This document shows, piece by piece, positions 34,728 to 44,655 of a stretch of DNA of 64,000 nucleotides. The position numbers and the translations under genes are program-made. Source of the DNA: Eubacterium sp. GTDB taxonomy: Bacteria > Bacillota > Clostridia > Lachnospirales > Lachnospiraceae. Under the pieces are notes generated by a model. The model made no database searches. It had not been told where the DNA came from and saw only the letters and a list, made by a program, of their open reading frames with translations. Location: positions 69,678 to 133,677 of the forward strand of contig JAETSX010000003.1 in NCBI GenBank assembly GCA_021769425.1, read 5' to 3'. The number at the start of each line of letters is the position of its first letter. Position 1 is the stretch's first letter.

Positions 34728-35826
34728 TTCTTATTTGAAAATTACAAGGGATAAGTTTACATATGCGGAAGAACAGATGAAGCCGATGTTTGAGAATTTA
34801 GCGAGACAGTTAGGGCTTAAGGTAGTCTGTGTTGCGATTAAGAGCAGTAAGGCAAGGATAGAATTTATAGAGTTGGACGGGTGCTTTTATATTATCTGGG
34901 ATTTGAATTATTGGAAGGTATTTGAACGTCATTTGCGCTACAGACGCAAATTGGATGCTAAAGATATGGATGATGAACAGGCAAAGGGAATCTTGTGGGA
35001 TATGGCGTTAAATTTATTTGATTTTTTCAGAAAATATTTTCCTACGGTTGGCAATGCAAGCTATAAGTTTTCCCGTACCTGTTGGATCAATGGTTACGTA
35101 GAGCCAGAAGAATATGATTATTCGGACACAGTGCTGAATGAAACTCTTTTTATTTGCAAGATGTATACGTTTGTACATGAGATACATCATCTGTATTTTG
35201 TTTTAAATTCAGAAGCCAGAAGAAACGTGGAAGAAAATATACGGCATGCATTGAGAAAATGTGAAGAACAGGTTTATAAGGAAGCCGTCAGCTGGAGGGA
35301 GCATTTCAGCACTTACCATACGCAGAAAGAAGTTGAGGAAGCGCTTCACCAGTTAATATGGGGAGATGCTCCAATTTATGACGAACTGTTATCAGATGCA
35401 GCTGCTTTTTATCAGACTTGTTATATTTATTTCACGGGTTCCGGGAAGGATGCGGAGAGTGATTGGGGAATGTTTGTTCCGAAAGTCAGAAATAGTATTT
35501 TTGAGATTCGATCTTATAGCCTTATGCTGAAAACATTGATTCAGGTTGTCAGTGATTTGGAGAACCGATCAGATGTATCAACTGAGACTGTCATAAAAGA
35601 GCACCATGAACATTCCAGGCGCATTCTTTTGCGGGAGTTTGCAATGAAGTTTATCGAAATTGATCAATTGCGCTTAATACTTTCAACTTTAGATTTGGAG
35701 CAGGTTTTGGCTGCTTATAATTTGGATATTGTTCCGCCTTTCAGGAAAAGTTATTATGAGTTTGTTCTGCCTTATTTTGAGAAATTTGCAAATGAGGTTA
35801 TGATTCCGATTTTGTACAGTGTATAG
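34717..35826 (+). CDS. Hypothetical protein with a single HExxH motif (putative Zn-metallopeptidase-like effector)
   Basis: FVHEIHHLYF at about residue 160. It overlaps the small ORF by 11 nt. The ORF is open from 34684. No other family recognised. Confidence 0.4.
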   Translation: MTVDSYLKITRDKFTYAEEQMKPMFENLARQLGLKVVCVAIKSSKARIEFIELDGCFYIIWDLNYWKVFERHLRYRRKLDAKDMDDEQAKGILWDMALNLFDFFRKYFPTVGNASYKFSRTCWINGYVEPEEYDYSDTVLNETLFICKMYTFVHEIHHLYFVLNSEARRNVEENIRHALRKCEEQVYKEAVSWREHFSTYHTQKEVEEALHQLIWGDAPIYDELLSDAAAFYQTCYIYFTGSGKDAESDWGMFVPKVRNSIFEIRSYSLMLKTLIQVVSDLENRSDVSTETVIKEHHEHSRRILLREFAMKFIEIDQLRLILSTLDLEQVLAAYNLDIVPPFRKSYYEFVLPYFEKFANEVMIPILYSV

Positions 35827-35844
35827 GAAATTTTTAATTAGCAT

Positions 35845-35873
35845 TTGCATTTCCTGAGAAATTGTAGTACAAT
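35845..35873 (+). promoter_or_regulatory. Sigma-A-type promoter for the downstream glycan operon
   Basis: TTGCAT (35845-35850), a 17-nt spacer, then TACAAT (35868-35873). Confidence 0.55.
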
Positions 35874-35923
35874 AGGAAACAATGTATAAGTCTATAGAGT
35901 ATCTTGCATGACAGGAGGAGAAT

Positions 35924-37114
35924 ATGAAACAGCATATTTTTCTTTCCTCGCCCCACATGAGCGAAGAAGGATATGAACAGAAATATATCAAGGAAGCATT
36001 TGACACCAACTGGATTGCGCCTCTTGGCAAGAATGTAACAGAATTTGAAAAAGAAATGACAGCGAAGCTTGGAGCAGGAAAGGCAGTAGCCCTTTCCTCG
36101 GGAACGGCCGCTATACATATGGCGTTAAAAGCAATCGGAGTAAGTCAGGGCGATATCGTATTTTGCCAGTCCCTGACTTTTTCTGCTACCGCAAATCCGA
36201 TTGTTTATGAGAAGGCAATGCCGGTGTTTATAGACAGTGACAATGAAACCTGGAATATGGATCCGAAAGCATTAGAGCTTGCGTTTGAGAAATATGAGAA
36301 GCAGGGAAAGCGTCCGAAAGCAGTTATGGTGGTGCACCTCTATGGTATTTGCGCCCATATTGATGAAATTTCAGAGATATGCCGGAACCATCAGGTACCC
36401 CTCATTGAAGATGCTGCGGAAAGCCTGGGAACTACATATCATGGAAAATATACAGGAACTTTCGGGGATTATGGAATTATCAGCTTTAATGGGAATAAAA
36501 TTATAACAAGTTCCGGCGGAGGCATGCTGCTGGTGAATACACAGGATGCGGAAGAGAAAGCAAAGAAAGTCCTTTACTGGGCTACCCAGGCGCGGGAGCC
36601 TGCCCGCTGGTATCAACATACGGAAATTGGATATAATTATCGTATGAGCAATATTGTAGCAGGTATCGGCAGAGGGCAGTTAAAAGTTTTGGATCAGCGT
36701 GTGGAGAAGAAGCGCTACATTTATGAATATTATCGGAAACATCTTGGCGATTTGCCGGGAATTCATTTTATGCCTATGATGGAAAATACCAGAAGCAACT
36801 GTTGGCTTACGTCTGTCCAGTTGGATGCGGACTGCAAGGTGAAGCCGCTTGATATCATGTTGGCTTTAGAGGAAGATGATGTGGAGAGCCGGCCGATTTG
36901 GAAGCCAATGCATTTGCAGCCTGTGTTTGCAGAGTGTGATTTTGTTACGTTGGTGGAAGAACTGCAAGTGGTAGACGAAAAAACAGGAGCAGATAACAGT
37001 GTCAGCGGGCAGATTTTTGAACATGGGGTTTGCATGCCAAGTGACAGCAAGATGAAGGATGAGGATTTAGAACGGGTATGTAGTGTGGTTAAAAAACAGT
37101 GGGAGCGGAAATGA
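35924..37114 (+). CDS. DegT/DnrJ/EryC1/StrS-family sugar aminotransferase (PglE-like)
   Basis: MKQHIFLSSPHMSEEGYEQKYIKEAFDTNWIAPLG..., and the PLP-lysine region ISFNGNKIITSSGGGML. Confidence 0.8.
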   Translation: MKQHIFLSSPHMSEEGYEQKYIKEAFDTNWIAPLGKNVTEFEKEMTAKLGAGKAVALSSGTAAIHMALKAIGVSQGDIVFCQSLTFSATANPIVYEKAMPVFIDSDNETWNMDPKALELAFEKYEKQGKRPKAVMVVHLYGICAHIDEISEICRNHQVPLIEDAAESLGTTYHGKYTGTFGDYGIISFNGNKIITSSGGGMLLVNTQDAEEKAKKVLYWATQAREPARWYQHTEIGYNYRMSNIVAGIGRGQLKVLDQRVEKKRYIYEYYRKHLGDLPGIHFMPMMENTRSNCWLTSVQLDADCKVKPLDIMLALEEDDVESRPIWKPMHLQPVFAECDFVTLVEELQVVDEKTGADNSVSGQIFEHGVCMPSDSKMKDEDLERVCSVVKKQWERK

Positions 37115-38373
37115 AGAAAATTCTAATATTTGGTGCCGGAGGAGTTGGTAGAGAAGTACAGTGGCTGATAGAACGTATTAATCAGAAAAGTCCTGTTTGG
37201 CAGATAGAAGGATATTTGGATGATGGTGCAGAGTCTGGAACAGAAGTAAATGGTTATAAAGTTCTGGGAGGGATTGATGAACTTAGAAAATATGATAATT
37301 CTATATCAGTGGTTTGTGCAGTTGGTTCTTCAAGAGTAAGAGAAAAAATAATAGCAAAGATAAAGCAGATAGGACAATATCAATTCCCAAATTTGATTGA
37401 TCCAGATGTACAGAATTCTCAGTTTTTATCTATGGGAGAAGGAAACATAGTATGTGCAGGTAATATTCTTACGGTGAATATTACAATGGAAGATTTTGTG
37501 TTTTTGAATTTGTCATGTACAGTAGGACATGATGCAGTTTTGGAGTCCTTTGTAACAGTTTATCCAGGAGTAAATATTTCAGGATGTACGTTGATAAAAA
37601 AAGGTGTAGAGCTTGGGGCAGGAAGTAAAATTATCCAAGGAAAAGTAATTGGAGAGAATGCGATTGTAGGAGCAGGGGCGGTGGTAGTGCGTGATTTGCC
37701 GCCAGATTGTACTGCTGTTGGTATGCCGGCAAAACCTGTAAAATTTTTTGGGGGATATAAAACACTCTTTATAGTGGGAGCAAGCGGACATGGAAAAGTG
37801 GTTTTAGATCTTGCTCAGAAAATTGGAATTTATAGCGATATCTGTTTTTTGGATGATAATCAAGCTTTAATTGAAAAGCACAAGTTAGTGATTGGAACGA
37901 GTGATTTTCCATTCGAATTTAATAGAAAAGCTGATGTAATTGTTGCTACTGGAGATTCAAATGTTAGAAAGAAAATTCAGGAGAAATATGAAAAAAGTAA
38001 GGTGAATCTTGTAACGTTGATTCATCCGGAAGCCGTGCTTCCAGACGAATTGCTTCAGATTGGAAAAGGTTCTGTAATTATGGCAGGAGCGGTTATTCAA
38101 ACAGGTACTGAGATCGGAAAGGGTGTAATTGTAAATACATCGGCTTCTATAGATCATGAGTGTAAAATCGGTAATTTTTCACATATTTCAGTAGGTAGCC
38201 ATCTGGCGGGCAATGTAGAAATTGGTGAAAATACCTGGATTGGAATTGGTGCGATAGTGAATAATAATGTACATATTTGTGAAAATGTGATAGTTGGGGC
38301 TGGAACAGTAGTTGTGAAAGATATAGTAGAAAGCGGTACGTATGTAGGAGTGCCAGCTAAAAGAATAAAATAA
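37111..38373 (+). CDS. Tandem fusion of two complete NeuD/PglD-type sugar N-acetyltransferase modules
   Basis: Module 1: KILIFGAGGVGREV...GYLDD...TVGHDAVL plus hexapeptide repeats. Module 2: LFIVGASGHGKVV...FLDDN...SIDHECKI plus hexapeptide repeats. ATGA overlap with the aminotransferase gene. Confidence 0.75.
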   Translation: MKKILIFGAGGVGREVQWLIERINQKSPVWQIEGYLDDGAESGTEVNGYKVLGGIDELRKYDNSISVVCAVGSSRVREKIIAKIKQIGQYQFPNLIDPDVQNSQFLSMGEGNIVCAGNILTVNITMEDFVFLNLSCTVGHDAVLESFVTVYPGVNISGCTLIKKGVELGAGSKIIQGKVIGENAIVGAGAVVVRDLPPDCTAVGMPAKPVKFFGGYKTLFIVGASGHGKVVLDLAQKIGIYSDICFLDDNQALIEKHKLVIGTSDFPFEFNRKADVIVATGDSNVRKKIQEKYEKSKVNLVTLIHPEAVLPDELLQIGKGSVIMAGAVIQTGTEIGKGVIVNTSASIDHECKIGNFSHISVGSHLAGNVEIGENTWIGIGAIVNNNVHICENVIVGAGTVVVKDIVESGTYVGVPAKRIK

Positions 38374-38393
38374 TATAGAAAATGGGAAAACAT

Positions 38394-38999
38394 ATGTATA
38401 GAAAAATTTTTAAACGTTGGGTGGATTTTATTTTATCTTTATTTGCAATTATAATTTTGAGTCCTGTCTTATTAGTTTTGAGCATTTTGGTAGAAAGAAA
38501 ATTGGGCAGACCGGTTTTATTCAAACAAGAGCGTCCGGGAAAAAATGAAAGAATTTTTAAAATGTATAAATTCCGTACTATGACAAACACAAGAGATAAA
38601 AAAGGAAATCTTTTGCCGGATGAGAAGAGACTTACCACTTTTGGTAAGAAATTGAGAAGTACAAGTTTGGATGAATTACCAGAGTTAATTAATATATTAA
38701 AAGGTGACATGAGTATTGTGGGACCCAGGCCGTTATTGGTAAAATATTTACCACTGTATAATAAAAAGCAGAAAAGGCGCCACGAGGTTCGGCCGGGAAT
38801 TACTGGGTTGGCCCAAATAAACGGACGTAATGCAATAAGTTGGGAACAGAAATTTGAGTGGGATGTGAAGTATGTGGAAAATATTACTTTTTTAGGAGAC
38901 TTAAAGATAATTTTGGATACGGTTAAGACAGTATTGAGACATGAAGGGATCAATAGTGAAGATTCTGCTACTATGGAAGAATTTCGGGGAACTCTATAA
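38394..38999 (+). CDS. Small monotopic phosphoglycosyl transferase (PglC/WbaP C-terminal type), the initiating enzyme
   Basis: [27 protein letters not shown]...[21 protein letters not shown]...[21 protein letters not shown]. The ORF is open from 38382. Confidence 0.85.
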   Translation: MYRKIFKRWVDFILSLFAIIILSPVLLVLSILVERKLGRPVLFKQERPGKNERIFKMYKFRTMTNTRDKKGNLLPDEKRLTTFGKKLRSTSLDELPELINILKGDMSIVGPRPLLVKYLPLYNKKQKRRHEVRPGITGLAQINGRNAISWEQKFEWDVKYVENITFLGDLKIILDTVKTVLRHEGINSEDSATMEEFRGTL

Positions 39000-39062
39000 T
39001 TTATCAAAATATACGTTAAGATAACGGAAAACGAATAATAGAAATAGATTGGGGATAAATTA

Positions 39063-40151
39063 ATGCGTATTTTAGTGCTTGCAAATTCTGACATTGGTTT
39101 ATATAAATTTCGAAAAGAATTATTGAAAAGATTACTTTTAAAACATGAACTCTATATTGCGTTACCAGAGGGGGAATATATAGAGAAGATGAAAGAAATG
39201 GGTGCGGTTTTTTATCCCGTCATAATGAACCGGAGAGGTAAAAATATTTTTCAAGAGTTCAATGTAGTTAGCAGGTATTTTAGTGTGATTCGAAAGGTAA
39301 AGCCGGATATGGTTTTAACATATACAGTAAAACCTAATATATATGGTGGGTGGATTTGTCAGTTGTTGCATGTTCCATATATTGCTAATATTACAGGGTT
39401 AGGAACAGCAATAGAAAATGAAAATATCCTTAGTAAAATATTGGTGTTTTGTTATAAATGGGCATTGAAAAAAGCAGTATGTATATTCTTTCAAAATACA
39501 AGTAATAGAAGTTTTTTCGCACGTAATGGATTAAAAAAATCAAATATTAAGATTCTCCCTGGATCGGGAGTAAATTTAAAAGAGTATTGTTATGAGGATT
39601 ATCCTGATCCGGAGGATGAAACTGTTTTTTTGTTTATTGGACGAATTATGCGTGATAAAGGTGTTGTAGAATTAGTGGAGGCAGTAAAAAGATTACAGAA
39701 ACGGTATAACAATATAAAAGTTCAGTTGGTAGGATTTTGTGAAGAGGATTTTAAAAATGAATTAGAGAGAATAAATGTAACGAAATACGTGGAACTTTGC
39801 GGACAACAGGAAGATGTTCGTTCTTTTATTAAGAAAAGCCATGTGATTGTTTTGCCAAGTTATCATGAGGGTATGGCGAATGTGTTGCTAGAAGGAGCTG
39901 CTTGTGGTAGGCCTATTTTAGCGTCAAATGTGCCTGGATGTAAAGAAACTTTTGATGAGGGAATTTCAGGATTTGGATTTAAAGCTAAAAATTCTAAAGA
40001 TTTAGAGAAAGTCATGGAAAAATTTATAAATCTAGATTATGAGAAAAAAGTTGAAATGGGTAAGGCAGGAAGAAAAAAAATGGAAAGAGAATTTAATAGG
40101 GATATTGTAGTAAAGATGTATGAGAAGGAAATAGAGCGCTTTACACATTAA
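39063..40151 (+). CDS. GT4 (GT-B fold) glycosyltransferase, PglA-like
   Basis: [21 protein letters not shown] opening, and the EX7E region [25 protein letters not shown]. Confidence 0.75.
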   Translation: MRILVLANSDIGLYKFRKELLKRLLLKHELYIALPEGEYIEKMKEMGAVFYPVIMNRRGKNIFQEFNVVSRYFSVIRKVKPDMVLTYTVKPNIYGGWICQLLHVPYIANITGLGTAIENENILSKILVFCYKWALKKAVCIFFQNTSNRSFFARNGLKKSNIKILPGSGVNLKEYCYEDYPDPEDETVFLFIGRIMRDKGVVELVEAVKRLQKRYNNIKVQLVGFCEEDFKNELERINVTKYVELCGQQEDVRSFIKKSHVIVLPSYHEGMANVLLEGAACGRPILASNVPGCKETFDEGISGFGFKAKNSKDLEKVMEKFINLDYEKKVEMGKAGRKKMEREFNRDIVVKMYEKEIERFTH

Positions 40152-40173
40152 TAGGTCGAATGGAGGTATAAGT

Positions 40174-41484
40174 GTGTCATTATATGAACAGATTATAAAT
40201 CAAGAAGAAAGAATTTCGCTAGTAGGTTTAGGGTATGTGGGAATGCCTATCGCAGTGGCCTTTTCAAAAAAGGCAGATGTCATAGGATTTGACCTAAATA
40301 AAGAAAAGATAAAGCTATATCAAGAAGGAGTCGATCCTACAAAAGAGGTGGGGGATGAAGAAATAAAAAAGTGTACAGTGAAGTTTACTGCAGACGAAAA
40401 GATGCTTCAGGAGGCCAAGTTCCATATTGTGGCCGTCCCTACACCAGTGAAAAGTGATCATACACCTGATTTATCTCCCGTAGAAGGCGCCAGCAGAATT
40501 TTGGGCAGAAACCTTACAAAGGGTTCTATTGTTGTATATGAATCAACAGTGTATCCGGGAGTAACAGAAGAAATCTGTGTACCGATATTAGAAGAAGAGT
40601 CTGGGTTAATCTGTGGAAAGGATTTTAAAATTGGTTATTCCCCTGAGAGGATTAATCCGGGAGATAAAGTACACAGGTTAGAAACAATTACTAAGATTGT
40701 GTCCGGAATGGATGCAGAAACTTTGAATGAAATTGCTAATGTTTATCGGCTTGTGGTTGAAGCAGGAGTATATGAAGCAGAGAGTATAAAAGTTGCAGAA
40801 GCGGCGAAAGTTATTGAAAATAGCCAAAGAGATATTAATATTGCATTTATGAACGAGTTATCTATTATTTTCAATAAGATGGGAATTGATACGAAATCTG
40901 TTTTAAAAGCTGCCGGTACAAAGTGGAATTTTTTGAATTTTCAGCCGGGGTTGGTAGGAGGACATTGTATTGGCGTTGATCCTTATTATTTGACATATAA
41001 AGCAGAACAATTAGGATATCATAGCCAAATTATTCTGTCAGGGCGTCGTATCAATGATGATATGGGCAAATATGTTGCAGAGAATTTGGTAAAGAGTCTG
41101 ATTAAACAAGATAAGAATGTAAAAAATGCAAAGGTTGCAATTCTAGGTTTTACATTTAAAGAGAATTGTCCAGATACAAGAAATACGAAAGTGATCGACA
41201 TTGTAAATGAATTGAAAGAATATGGAATAGGGCCTCTTGTAGTAGATCCGCAGGCAGATGCAGCAGAAGCCGATAGTTTATACGGTATCCAGTTCGAAGA
41301 ACTAGAAGATTTACATGATTTGGATGCAATTATTCTTGCAGTTGCACATAAGGAATTTGAAGAATTGCCTTTAGCTAAGTTAAATAGTCTGTATACGAAT
41401 GAAAAAAGAATACTTTTAGATATAAAAGGAATTCTGGAACGTAAAAAATTTGAAGAAGCAGGTTATATTTATTGGAGGTTGTAA
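40174..41484 (+). CDS. UDP-N-acetyl-hexosamine 6-dehydrogenase (TviB/WbpO-like nucleotide-sugar dehydrogenase)
   Basis: [26 protein letters not shown] and [18 protein letters not shown] start after GGAGGT. An epimerase gene follows. Confidence 0.75.
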   Translation: MSLYEQIINQEERISLVGLGYVGMPIAVAFSKKADVIGFDLNKEKIKLYQEGVDPTKEVGDEEIKKCTVKFTADEKMLQEAKFHIVAVPTPVKSDHTPDLSPVEGASRILGRNLTKGSIVVYESTVYPGVTEEICVPILEEESGLICGKDFKIGYSPERINPGDKVHRLETITKIVSGMDAETLNEIANVYRLVVEAGVYEAESIKVAEAAKVIENSQRDINIAFMNELSIIFNKMGIDTKSVLKAAGTKWNFLNFQPGLVGGHCIGVDPYYLTYKAEQLGYHSQIILSGRRINDDMGKYVAENLVKSLIKQDKNVKNAKVAILGFTFKENCPDTRNTKVIDIVNELKEYGIGPLVVDPQADAAEADSLYGIQFEELEDLHDLDAIILAVAHKEFEELPLAKLNSLYTNEKRILLDIKGILERKKFEEAGYIYWRL

Positions 41485-41485
41485 G

Positions 41486-42460
41486 ATGAGTTATAGTAAT
41501 ATAGAATTTCCTGAAGGAAGTTTGTTTTTAGTCACAGGCGGAGCAGGATTTATTGGTTCTAATCTCTGTGAGGCAATTTTGTCCATGGGTTATAAAGTAA
41601 GATGTCTGGATAATCTTTCCACTGGAAAACAGGAGAATGTGGATTTATTTATAGGAAATCCGGATTATTCCTTTATTAAAGGAGATATCACGGAGCTTGA
41701 GACTTGCATGGAGGCCTGTAAAGGTGTAGATTTCGTACTAAATCAGGCAGCTTGGGGAAGTGTTCCTAGAAGTATAGAGATGCCGTTATATTATGAAGAA
41801 GTAAATATTAAAGGGACACTTAATATGATGGAGGCAGCGAGACAAAATAATGTGAAAAAATTTGTATATGCGTCCAGTTCTTCTGTGTATGGGGATCATC
41901 CGGTTCTGCCTAAAAAAGAGGGGCAAGAAGGGAATTTACTGTCTCCGTATGCCTTAACAAAGCGTGTAGGGGAGGAGTATGGAAAACTTTATTATAAGTT
42001 ATATGGTTTAGATACCTATGGCATGCGCTATTTTAATGTTTTTGGCAGAAGGCAGGATCCAGATGGCGCTTATGCAGCTGTGATACCGAAATTCTTGAAA
42101 TTATTATTAAATGATGAATCGCCGACCATTAATGGCGATGGAAAACAGTCGCGGGATTTTACCTATATTGATAATGTGATAGAAGCTAATTTGAAGGCAT
42201 GCAAGGCATCTCATGAGGCAGGTGGACAGGCATTTAATATTGCTTACGGCGGAAGGGAATATCTGATAGATTTATATTATGATATGTGTGATATATTAGG
42301 AAAAAAAATTGAACCTAAATTTGGACCTGATCGAGCAGGGGATATTAAGCATTCTAATGCGGATATATCGAAAGCAAGAGAATTGCTTGGGTATGATCCT
42401 AAATATAATTTTGCAGAAGGACTTCAATTGGCGATTGAATGGTATAAGGAAAATCTTTAA
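41486..42460 (+). CDS. UDP-GlcNAc(A) 4-epimerase (TviC/WbpP-like SDR)
   Basis: LFLVTGGAGFIGSNLCEA, the catalytic SPYALTKRV (YxxxK), and ATG 41486 after GGAGG. The ORF is open from 41450. Confidence 0.75.
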   Translation: MSYSNIEFPEGSLFLVTGGAGFIGSNLCEAILSMGYKVRCLDNLSTGKQENVDLFIGNPDYSFIKGDITELETCMEACKGVDFVLNQAAWGSVPRSIEMPLYYEEVNIKGTLNMMEAARQNNVKKFVYASSSSVYGDHPVLPKKEGQEGNLLSPYALTKRVGEEYGKLYYKLYGLDTYGMRYFNVFGRRQDPDGAYAAVIPKFLKLLLNDESPTINGDGKQSRDFTYIDNVIEANLKACKASHEAGGQAFNIAYGGREYLIDLYYDMCDILGKKIEPKFGPDRAGDIKHSNADISKARELLGYDPKYNFAEGLQLAIEWYKENL

Positions 42461-42570
42461 AATTTTATTGAGAATTTTAAAGATTATTTTTGTTAGAGTC
42501 ATTACTTAGAAGGTTTGGTGAATATATTGGAGAATTACAAAAAATAGAAAATTCTGAAAGGTGGATTTAT

Positions 42571-43500
42571 ATGGAAATCGACAAGAGTAAAATATGTTTT
42601 GTTAGTGCTAAAGCGAAAAATGATGAGTATTTTGACGGAGTAGCTAAAATGGGATATCATATCCTTATTCCATACAAAGATTGGAATATTGTAATGCGTT
42701 GTTTACGTGAAGCATGGTTTAGATTAAAATTACCTAAAAGATCAATATGGTATAATTCGAAAATTTCTAAAATTGATGCGGATATGTTTATAGTTAAAGA
42801 TCCTCTTATAGTACCAGAGTTTTTAGTCTGGATGAAAAGGAATCATCCTCAAAGCAGGATTATTTTAAATTATAACAATAGGGCGGCTATGTCGATTAAT
42901 CCAGATAAAATTAGTAATAAAGTAGCTGAAAAGTGGTCATATGATAAAGATGATTGCGAAAAATATGATATGAATTTAAAACATGGATCATATATGGATA
43001 TATATAGGATAAAAAAATTAGGCCGTCCGGTCATAGATGTTTTATATTTGGGCAGAGATAAAGGGCGTGCAAATATGCTATTTGATTTAAAAAGTCAGCT
43101 TGAACATATGGGATTGAAAACATATTTTCATATATGTGCTGATAGAAAATTTCTGCGATATAAAAAACCATATTATAAGCCGCTCTTACCGTATAAAGAT
43201 TATCTTAGACTAATGAGAAAAAGCAAAGCGATTTTAAATATAGTTCAACCGGGTCAGACAAGCATTACAATGAGAGAGTATGAAGCGGTATTTAATAATG
43301 TTAAATGTATTACAAACAATCCGGCTATTAAAGAATTTGAATTATATCATCCTAGTAGGTATTTTATTTTAGGTATTGATGATATGAAGCAAATACATGA
43401 ATTTTTTAAAACAGAATTTGTGCCAGTAGAAGAAGAAAAATTAGCAGAGTATAAATTTGATGCGATGGTTGTGCAATTTTTGAATGGAGAGACGAGTTAA
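42571..43500 (+). CDS. Hypothetical protein, possibly a GT-B-like glycosyltransferase
   Basis: The only hint is the C-terminal TMREYEAVFNNVKCITNN, which resembles the GT-B nucleotide-binding helix. ATG 42571 follows AAAGGTGG. Confidence 0.25.
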   Translation: MEIDKSKICFVSAKAKNDEYFDGVAKMGYHILIPYKDWNIVMRCLREAWFRLKLPKRSIWYNSKISKIDADMFIVKDPLIVPEFLVWMKRNHPQSRIILNYNNRAAMSINPDKISNKVAEKWSYDKDDCEKYDMNLKHGSYMDIYRIKKLGRPVIDVLYLGRDKGRANMLFDLKSQLEHMGLKTYFHICADRKFLRYKKPYYKPLLPYKDYLRLMRKSKAILNIVQPGQTSITMREYEAVFNNVKCITNNPAIKEFELYHPSRYFILGIDDMKQIHEFFKTEFVPVEEEKLAEYKFDAMVVQFLNGETS

Positions 43501-43529
43501 CTAAAGATTGTAATAAGCAAGGGATAATT

Positions 43530-44636
43530 ATGGGTTTTTTAATAATAATTTTTTTGTGTGTTTTAGCATGTTTAAATCCAAGATCGAAAATTGTATCATG
43601 TATGATTTTGGCATTTATGTGGATTCTTTACGGATTTAATACGTATTCAGGAGATTTTATGGCATATGAGAATGTCTATAATAATCTATGGAATATCGGG
43701 TTAATGCACTATGAACCAGGATTTTCTATAATAATGGCTGTATGTAGAAACTTAGGCATGTCATTTATTATGTTTCGCGTTGTATTGGCACTAATTTTTG
43801 TTTGTCTTTTATATGTTGTGATAAAAAAATATACACAATATTGTGCTTTGGCATTAGCGCTTTATTTAGTTTTTCCGTTTCCTTATTTTATATCGGTCTT
43901 GCGAGGAGGAATGGCATCGCTAATAATTTTATATTCAATTGATTTTTTGCGTGAAGGGAATCAAAGAAGAGGCATCTTTAAATTTATATTGGGTGTGATG
44001 GTTGCAACATTATTTCATTATACTTCTATATTTTATCTGATTCTTTTATTTGCCAGGAAAGAAATAGATGTGAAAAAAATAGGTTGTATGTTAGGTATAG
44101 TATTTTTTGTAACCTTGTTGTGGAGTCGGCTAGATATTAACGGCATACTTGCTTTTTTTATTGATAGGGAGAAAACATTACAGTGGTTTTCTCAGCAGAC
44201 TTTTGTAAACAACATGCTAAATGTAAAGGGGGTTTTAAGTAATTTTTTAATAATTTTTGGTAATATCTATTTTTCCAGGATAATTAAGGAAAATAATATA
44301 ATGCAAAGGGAAGTTTGTGAATTTGGGGATATATGGTTATCAGAATTTGCATATAATAGTAATGTTTTAATGTTGTTGTTAACACCATTTTTATTTTTTC
44401 GAAATGTGGTTCTTAGGTTCATATGGGAATTGCAGGCTATCAATATTATAGCAGCTGTAAATGCAATTAAGATGTTAGATGAGAGTCGAAAAATAAAAAA
44501 AGGAAGAGTTGTATCAATTATAGGGCTTATTTCTGCTGAATGGATCATCGGCTTGTTTTTTTATATCGTTGGACTAGCAGGTACAGATAATTCAATGTTG
44601 GAATTATTAAAGAATAATCTCTTTCATTTAATTTAA
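43530..44636 (+). CDS. EpsG-family polysaccharide polymerase (Wzy-type)
   Basis: About 10 TMs and the FMAYENVYNN...HYEPGF pattern typical of EpsG/Wzy proteins. Confidence 0.6.
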   Translation: MGFLIIIFLCVLACLNPRSKIVSCMILAFMWILYGFNTYSGDFMAYENVYNNLWNIGLMHYEPGFSIIMAVCRNLGMSFIMFRVVLALIFVCLLYVVIKKYTQYCALALALYLVFPFPYFISVLRGGMASLIILYSIDFLREGNQRRGIFKFILGVMVATLFHYTSIFYLILLFARKEIDVKKIGCMLGIVFFVTLLWSRLDINGILAFFIDREKTLQWFSQQTFVNNMLNVKGVLSNFLIIFGNIYFSRIIKENNIMQREVCEFGDIWLSEFAYNSNVLMLLLTPFLFFRNVVLRFIWELQAINIIAAVNAIKMLDESRKIKKGRVVSIIGLISAEWIIGLFFYIVGLAGTDNSMLELLKNNLFHLI

Positions 44637-44655
44637 ACATTAAGAGGTTTAGAGT

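Noticed and set aside
38357-39094. 245-aa minus-strand ORF overlapping the PglC-like gene. Similar antisense ORFs occur at 5067-5654, 7525-8121, 2443-2976, 30898-31410 and 15568-16110.
   Set aside because: Each lies opposite a confidently recognised protein family. The translations are Leu/Ser/Phe/Ile-rich, as expected from antisense reading of real genes.
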